Position numbers and translations under genes: made by a program. DNA of 60,310 nucleotides, filler included, from Blastocystis sp. subtype 4 (lineage: Eukaryota): NCBI RefSeq assembly GCF_000743755.1. It is 6 parts of 6 records of this genome, joined end to end, with 100 filler letters (N's around TTAATTAATTAA, not from the genome) between each part and the next. Parts side by side here need not be neighbours in the genome. Positions count along the whole stretch, not along the records: positions 50,410 to 60,310 come from NW_014569204.1; 5 more parts are not named here. One strand, given 5' to 3'. Each line of letters starts with the position of its first letter. Within the stretch, counting starts at the first letter, position 1. Below the pieces are notes generated by a model. That model made no database searches. It was not told where the DNA came from and was given only the letters and a program-made list of their open reading frames with translations. Positions 52,135-60,310 of this stretch are shown here, piece by piece.

Positions 52135-54497
52135 ACATCATCTTTTGCTTTTTCGTCTGGAAGGAGATAAGTGAATATACAATTAAAAAGACAAGGAGAA
52201 TTCCAATTATGATCTTTAAGAAGTAATACCCTATTTCAGAATCAACTCTTAAGAATACATTTCATTGTCGATAACTCATACACAATAACATTATGAGATG
52301 ATTGAAATATGATATGCATTGAATCTTCTTCGGAACCAGGATGAACTGGATATATCAAAGGTTCAGTCATTTCGATCTTTGAAAGAGTCTATATGAACAA
52401 GTAAAAACCATTCTAACTCGACCCTTCTTTGAGTAGTACACTGTAGATTTGGAATCACTCACACAGATCATCCCCTTGACAAAGACCATAAACGGTTGTA
52501 AACCCTATCATAAAAATGAAAATGATATATCTACTGATTTCTCATCAAATTCACTCCACTGAACATGAATGGATTTGGACCATTGAATCTCTCCTTGAAT
52601 GTTGGTACTTGTCAAGACTCCCTCACTGGTAAGAGTCACAATGGCTTCGATAATGCTGTCTTCTCCAAGAATCAGAAGGGGTTGAAGAATCAGAATCTCA
52701 TCTATCGTTCACATCTTTCACACTGCTCTACCATCTTCATTCTGACGTGATTTTGAAGAACCACCTATATCTTATTTCACTTTCTTCGCCTACAGATATT
52801 GGTTGAAAATAGAACTGTATTCATCGATACTGCCTGTAAATAGCATCGTGAGAATGATCCAGGTACATCATTATCTCCGGTGAACGGTTGAGGTGTAAGC
52901 TAGATCATAATGAAGAATCAAGTGTTACAAAAACACTCACAATATCATTCAGATGATACGAAGTGGCTGCATGACTAAAATCAACAGATTTCAAAACACT
53001 TACAGTTGATTGGACATTAGTGGAAGATCTGAAATGTGACCTACTGGAAACTCGATTTTATTTTCCTACGTCCTGTTGAACAATCCAATAGCATAATTCC
53101 CATATCATAATGAACAACCACAACACGATTATCATTTCCCCATTTCACAGTTTCCAAGGATTTCTGAAGAAGAATGTGTCGTTTGTGTATATTATGCAAC
53201 AGAGTCGAAAAGAGATCCAATGGTAACAAAGATCGAAGAGGACTGTCTACAGGAAATCCAAAGTGGTGTTTATACCCAGATAGTTCCCTTGATTGTGATA
53301 CTCATTCCGATAGTGGGGTTGAGTACTAATATGAGAATCTTGATACGAATGATAGAAATGAGGGAAATAGAGAATCACACTCTGACTGAAATCGCTGATA
53401 TCCAGATATTTCTGTTCACTATCAAAGCGATTCAATACAGGTCTATTTATGATTCTCCCTCCTTTGAATTACTGTTGCTGGTGATAATAGAGACTGCGCT
53501 TCGGATGAGGAAGAATGCTGTTTCTCCATAAGATATCACCATTCTCAACATTCAACTGCAAAACCTTCAATTCATTTATCGAGATTAATTTGTCATATAT
53601 TGATTTATATTTCTCTAGAATATAGAGATAAGGATTGGATTTGTGTTTTGACAGATCCACATCACTAAAATAAAAACTCTCACCTAAAGATACTTGCCTA
53701 CTGCAATCTGATTCTTCCTCAATACTTCAATTTCTTCTTCTGTGAGTCGTTCGTTCACTAGTCTCAGATTCTTTAATAGAACTTACAGCCTTTGATGAGA
53801 TGCTTTCGACTCATCGAATAACTAATTACAACATATAGAACAGGAATTCCATCTTGTTGTTCAATAGAAAGGGCACTGTTGCTGACAATCAGATTGCTCA
53901 TATTGAGAAGACTGCTTTCATAAATCGATACTTTCCACAGTAATCTCAAAGATTCATCATAACAAGAAATAATCCCGTTATTACTCAATATGGCTATCAC
54001 ACCAAAAACATCATTCTGAATATGTATTCGTTGTGCTTTCATAGCAATGATAGAAGTACCTAACAACTGACAATAGAATACAGCAAACTACTACTACGAA
54101 GCTGCGTACTGGATAGAAGAGAAACCTCTTTATAGGAAGACTCATGAGAGTTTTTATAGATAGACACAGACTCGTGAGAAAACTGGTAAATACGAAGATA
54201 CAGATTGGTAGTGACAAGAATCAATTCTTCCTCATTATCGCCATTCTTCACTTGACTTGAATTATAGAAGACATACGATATCAAACAGAATAGCAGGAGG
54301 TTGCTTTCCTTGTAGATTGGTTGTAGTTATCCCAGTATAATCATCACTCGTGACAATACGAAATTTTTCCTTATAGGAGTATTCCCATCCACTCTAAAAC
54401 AAGAATAAGGATCATCTCATCATACATTCAAACAATACATCAAAAGAATCGATGAAACGAAAATAATACTTATACTATTCTGCTTTATCACGGCCAT
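52135..54497 (-). CDS. FG-GAP repeat membrane protein (plant At3g51050/NERD1-like)
   Basis: N-terminal anchor, PPAILFDINGDNEEELILVT, ISCYDESLRLLW, VVVVHYDMGIMLLDCSTGR, C-terminal TM; stop predicted from polyadenylation at 52135. Confidence 0.6.
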
Positions 54498-54597
54498 CGT
54501 CACTTTGAGATGATAACAGAATAATATTCTCTTCTATACAGTTTTGTCGGATTCTATTCCAATTGAGTGTCCTCTCTAATCTAGTAAACCAAACCTG

Positions 54598-55520
54598 ATG
54601 GATCAGATCGAAAGGTGGAAAGAGTTTGTTTTGATCTTGTAGTGTTGATCATCTAGAGAGCAGATTCAAAATGCAAAATTGATTGATGAATCACACAACT
54701 TTTCTTTAGATGGAAGTCAAGTGGTGTTTTATCTTCAGTGATCAAATAGAAGTGGCTAATTGGGGGACTAGATATTAGTTATCCTGTTTGGGATGATTCT
54801 TTGGCTTGTGGATGTCTTGTTGTTTTTGATATGGAAAAAAGGAGTATTGTTTATCAGGATATGATAGATATATCAGTTTCAATTCCATATCATGCCGGGT
54901 TCCTCTCTTATCGTGAGATGGGTGTTTACAGACTATTAATGAATAAGCTACGACATGAGCATCCAGATCTTGTTCCGCAGATCCTCCTTGTGGATGGTCA
55001 AGGACGACTTCATCCTCGTCACTTTGGTTCTGCTTGTTGTGTGGGACTGGAGTTTGGTATTCCTACAATTGGTGTTGGAAAGAATCCATTTTGTGGATCA
55101 GAGTTCATTCGAGAGAAAAAGGAAATTGGAGGAAATGCAGACAAATCAACAGGAAAAGATGAAAACCAAAAATCAAACAAAGAGATCCAGAATTTGAAAG
55201 AGGGAGAAGTAGATGTATGTTGGGATACAAGAGAATTTAAGTCCCATCTTCGTCCGTGCGATGTATGTTTGCTTAGTGACTTGGACCCGTAGACTTCAGT
55301 TATGCACTATGGCGAGCGTATTGCTGTTTCGTATTGTAAACCTGGAAATACAAAGCCAATCTACATATCGGTTGGTCATCTTATAAGTCTCGATCAGGCA
55401 GTCTCAGTTGTCAAGGCCCTCTGTGTATATCGAGTCCCAGAACCGATTCGTGTTGCTGATCACCTCTCGCGTCAACACCTTGCATCGTTGGAGAAAGAAT
55501 TGTATCCCAAAAGTAAATGA
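54598..55520 (+). CDS. ENDOV: Endonuclease V
   Basis: IGGLDIS, PYHAGFLSYRE, LLVDGQGRLHPRHFGSAC, PTIGVGK, PIYISVGH, RVPEPIRVAD. Confidence 0.93.
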
Positions 55521-55623
55521 TTGCCTTCTTTGTTGAACAATATCCCTCTGCTACACCGTGCAAACAAAAACTAAACTGTTCCGATTATCGAAATTCTGTA
55601 GTAGCGCAATAAGGAGTTTTCAG

Positions 55624-56887
55624 ATGGAATCCAAAAGAATTAACCGGAACTTGTGCATCTTCGGTGAATCCAGTTTTTTTCGTAATGATCATCGTAGATA
55701 TATATCCTCCCTATGTGAAAACTGCCTATGGAATTGGTTTTTCAGGTGAAGTGTATCTTGATAAACTTCCAGAAGGAAAGAAGGCAATTGGCACTCACAA
55801 TGGGGCCTTTCATTCGGATGAGACGTTAGCAGTATCCCTTCTTCGATCTCTTCCTGAGTATCGTGACCATAGTTTCTGACATTAATTTCTCATCATTTGT
55901 AGTTATTGTGAGAACACGCGATATGGACATCCTTTCAAAGTGTGATATTGTCGTTGATGTGGGTGCTGAGTATGTTCCCGAGAAGTTGGAGTATGAAAAG
56001 TACCTAATTTGAAGGAAACACTTTGATCACCACCAGAAATCCTTTAATGAGACTTTTGATTCGGCACATAAAACGAAACTTAGTTCAGCTGGACTAGTGT
56101 AACGGAGAAGGGATGCATAAATGATAGATATAAACATTTTGGAAAGGAAATTATCCAACAACTCTCCTCTCATCCATTAACAGAACATGAATTAGATATT
56201 GTGTACCAGAAAATGTACGACAACTTCGTGGAGGAAGTAGATGGAGTGGACAATGGGATTGACCCTTGTTCAGGAGTATCCAATTACACAGTTTCCACTA
56301 GTCTATCAAAGCGAGTGAAACGGTTAGCAATCTCATGGAATGAAGATTATTCTGTATGACTTAAAATGAAAAGTGATCGATAGGTGGAGCTTGAATTAGA
56401 ACGATTCCGTTTAGCCATGGGAATGATGCTTGGCGAATTTGCCGAACGTCTTCATGGTCAAGTGGACGTATTACTACCGGCACGAGAGATTGTGGAGAAG
56501 GCGATGAAAGACGCAGAGAATGTGTATCCATCAAAGGAGATTGTTGTAATCGAACGGGAATGTCCCTTCCTAGACCATATTGTAGAAGTGGAAAAGGAAC
56601 AAGGAATTGAAGGAAGAACGAAGTTTGTTGTTGTACCGGGAAAGGATGGAGCATGGTATGAATGTGAGGATGACTGAAATGAAGGCGAATTCGAGCAATC
56701 AATCAAGAACCAGGCTCATTCGCATTACGTCAGAAACTGCTTCCGAATTATTGTGGATTACGTGATGAGGAATTGAGCAACGCTTGTGGCATTCCAGAAT
56801 GTATCTTTGTCCACATAAGTGGCTTTTTGGGTATCAATAAGACTCGTGAAGGAGCTTTGCAGATGGCAATTCAGTCCTTAAGTGGAT
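55624..56887 (+). CDS. MYG1: MYG1 family exonuclease
   Basis: [62 protein letters not shown]; stop predicted from polyadenylation at 56887. Confidence 0.93.
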
Positions 56888-56910
56888 CTATTGTTTCTTA
56901 CAAACAAGAT

Positions 56911-59900
56911 ATTTGTTGATAATTGCTGACATGAACAAATCTCGATCAGCACTATCTTTGAAAGATAACACAACTGGATTTGTTCTGCCTGATACTGTTA
57001 CAGCGAGACTATTCTCTGTTGGTGTTCGGTCTACATTCTCTGTGATACCATAGCAAGCTAAATCACGCGCCGTAAGTTCTTTAGATACCGAAGCCACAGA
57101 AGTAGTATGGAACAATACAAGTCCTTTCATATGATCCACATCTGATTCACTCTTCCACTTCCGTACCAATCCATCATACCCAATAGCAATATATACAAGC
57201 TACAGATGATTCCCAAACCATCATACGAACACTCCATGTAGACAATTCTGGATTGACAATCATACAATCAAAGAAATACTTACAATAACCGCGATTCAAA
57301 TGTTGTTGGGTTCCATCCATAGTAAGAGTGAATTGAGGTGTAGGACACAATAACTAGACATTATGCTCCTCTTCTTCTCCCACATCATACACCTGATCAT
57401 CATCAGGTACACTATTTAAGAAGTTCATGATGGAGAAAAAGAATGGGAAGAGATTTACTTTCTTCTATACATCATTCTCTTCATATTCAACAACAGGAAA
57501 CAATACACAACATCCCACAAAGAAAAGAATCACTCGAAGAGGAATAATCATAGCAAAAATAGCCAGAATGATACAATTCATGAGGAAAAAGCGAGTCTTT
57601 ACAGGATGGGTCCAAATGCAAAGATGATACAACTTCTCCATCACAGAAAAGCTCAAATTAGCTGCAAATAACACAAGAGTTGCTCCGGATAACGTGTTCT
57701 TCATTTGATTCACAGGCGTATTGACAATATTGATAAGAGCTGATGTTAATTGCTAGGGATGAGCAAAAGCGAATTCACTCACATAATAACTATCTTCAGT
57801 CACATCGGTTGTTTGAATTGTCTTAGCAATCAAATGTTTCTTTCGTAGGATATATGTAGTGCACAGAATAAGAATCACAGAGACAAGAAGATAGAGAGGT
57901 AAGTACTCCATGGAGAAGAATAGAACACCTGTCATGTATCCAACAGCCACAATGAGCGAGAGTGGAGGAAATTCCCAGGACACAGCAAATCGAAGCATAT
58001 GAAACAAATCAAGAAAGATTTTCATGAGTTGCCAGGCTCGCACCCACAAAGCTGAGGCCACAGCTGGAGTCATATCGGGGATGGATGGTAGCTGAGGTGG
58101 TTCCTTGCTGAAAAGATTCTTAGGTTCTTCCACATAGTGAAAGGCGAGGGAGATACTTCCAACAGTGGAAAACTTGACATTTCCTGTTGTATTCTTGCGA
58201 GTAAGATCCATTGTGCGTAATTTGAGAGATGAAGCCGAGTCATGAATGGCCAAAGGACAATAGACAGGAGCATTCTCCAACTCTTCTTCACTTTGCATGT
58301 ACTATCAATCAATAACTCTCATATTCTTCACTTCAATCTCTTGCAAGGAGATCCGCATACTGGCGATAGTTTGGAGAGACAATCGGTCCATCACAGTGAC
58401 TCGTAAGGTTGCTAATGGATCGAAAATAAGCCAGACAAAATGGAAATCCTCAGGATTCAGATCAATGATTTGACTACATCCGAAGGTTGATGATGATTGG
58501 CGAATTTGCTATGTCAGAAATAGGAATGAATTTGTACATCACAACTCAATTCAAGAAAGAGTGTCTTATGTTTGGTTTTGAGATTGAAGAGCGTAATCTG
58601 ATTAATGTAGACACTTCTATCTATCACACATCTTCTATTTGCTTACAAATATCCAATAGGTTGATTGTAAATAGGACTTCCTCCAGTTTTGATGGAGCGA
58701 AGGAACTTTTCACTAAGTTCTTCTCCTTGTTGATGTTCCTGGATCTTCTTTGGTGGAATACACTTAAAGATCCCCTTGGCTCGTTCACGACAATTCCCGT
58801 GAACAGCCATTCCACATACTTTGCAACGGTAGATTGTGTCAACAATCCCTCCAAGACCACTGATCAGGGATTTACGACACACAGGACAATCTGCCGAAAA
58901 AGCCATGGTATCCAATGTTTGCTTTTCAAAATAGTGGGTTTTTTGGGGATTCGTATCTACACTAATACTCTTTACCAAGTTATACTGGAAGAATCAGTGA
59001 TTGTTTCCACAGGACATAACATGAATGAAACTCGTAACTGACCTCCTGTCCGTTTTCCATCCCGATAAATAGGATACCAGGAATCATTGTATTTATTCGC
59101 TTGAATTTCCAGTTTCCGTAACGGTACTTGAATGACACCCAAAGTAACCTTCTTCAGAGAAAGGAGAGTACGTTCACTTTTCAGAGTGATATTGATTAGA
59201 GGGTTCACTTTGGGAAGAGCACCAGGATACTCAAAGGAAAATGTATTACTATGACCTTCCCAATCAGGAAATCCATCATTGAAAGGTGTCAATGCAGTCC
59301 GAAACCGCTCCTTCGCCCATGGAAGGAGAGAGACCTTTCCATAAAGATTGAATTTGGTGTTCTTTCCCTAAAAATCAGCAATCGGCAATACTATCACAGA
59401 TAATGGAGGAATTCCCGACGCTTGTTGCACAATTACTGTAAGGAAACCACTTCGGGATACAATTCCATCATCCTGGTACAATGCCAAGGGAATAGAGTTT
59501 CCGCTTGAAATCACAGCACTGTCATTCAACATGGATGCCCCACCAACAGAAAGTACATCGTCAGTATCTGTGTCAGAATCCTCTTCAGTACTACTCCGCA
59601 TAGGTCGATTTCGAAACGATCGCATCGACTGGATCTGAGGACGTTCCTCCTTTTTGAGAAATGTTGGCTTCATATACTCTTCATAGAAACGCATTGTGTT
59701 CTCTGTCAGGGAATGATTCACAGGAAACGCAGTAAATATTAATTCCTGATTTCCTCTATTTTCTGGAACACCAGAACATGGACAAATGGAGTCTGCCGTT
59801 TCACAACACTGTTTATGACAAAACTTCAGACATTGAGAACACTGGTACGCAGGATTAAACACAGCTAGTTCATTATTTCATGGATCCCAGTTCTACATAA

Positions 59901-60111
59901 GATCTTCTCTCCACAGAACTCGCAATTCTCGAAAAGCGGTATCACAGCCTGTGTAAATCTGTGAATATGTTGCTCTGACATAATGTATCCCTGATGTTGT
60001 ACAGTCTACGAAGAATGTATTCGGAACTTGGTAAAATAGTTCCGATTTCTGGAATTGTATTCAAGTTTTCCGTTCTCCAGAATTACCACTTACAACCACT
60101 GAACTATTCAT
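56911..60111 (-). CDS. Multiple C2 and transmembrane (MCTP-like) protein with C1 domains and a PH-like tail
   Basis: Two C1-type Cys/His domains (H.F..CPVC..C..C..VH..C..C), C2 domains (LTVIVQQASGI; TLRVTVMD), PRT_C-like TM region (VSWEFP; CIWTHP), C-terminal beta/helix tail. Confidence 0.65.
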
Positions 60112-60310
60112 TATGGTAAAGTACAGGTATGTTATAGGTGCTTTTGTATCGGAATGATTGTCTTTTGATGATTGTTTGTTGGTATTGTTTATTCTATCCT
60201 TTTCTCTCTCCTAACGATGAATGTAGTACTACTCCTGTGAATCCCGCTAAGAGTACCTTGGTTTGTTGGTTTGTTTCTAAACGTAGGTTGTCACACTCGT
60301 GGTTCCTACC

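Overview
Eukaryotic nuclear DNA, almost certainly Blastocystis sp.: the SSU rDNA carries the Blastocystis-type ATCTGGTTGATCCTGCCAGT start and the GAGCTTTTTAACTGCAACAACG site, genes have dense ~30-nt introns, and TGTTTGTT-like elements follow gene 3' ends. The subtype was not determined. The window is six unrelated ~10-kb contigs joined by artificial 100-nt N/TTAATTAATTAA linkers. Five contigs are packed with housekeeping genes: Rad5-like helicase, CK2 alpha, Cdc7/Cdc15-like kinase, GDP-mannose pyrophosphorylase, ALG12, Pol delta, PDH E2, kinesin-4, bL25, EndoV, MYG1, an MCTP-like protein and tRNA-Asp. Contig 2 holds one complete minus-strand rDNA unit (~8.28-kb period) next to a frameshifted putative-Ig-repeat pseudogene. 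The most notable signals are: (1) nearly every convergent gene pair ends at a back-to-back, near-palindromic pair of TGTTTGTT-like elements, several predicting polyadenylation-created UAA stops, in one case on both strands; (2) a GC-rich island of long hairpins, a G-quadruplex-like tract and an AT-rich block in the rDNA spacer; (3) two very short U12-type introns (AT-AC and apparently AT-AT); (4) a 5-nt deletion in a conserved LSU rRNA segment. Gene boundaries were inferred by eye across introns and are approximate.
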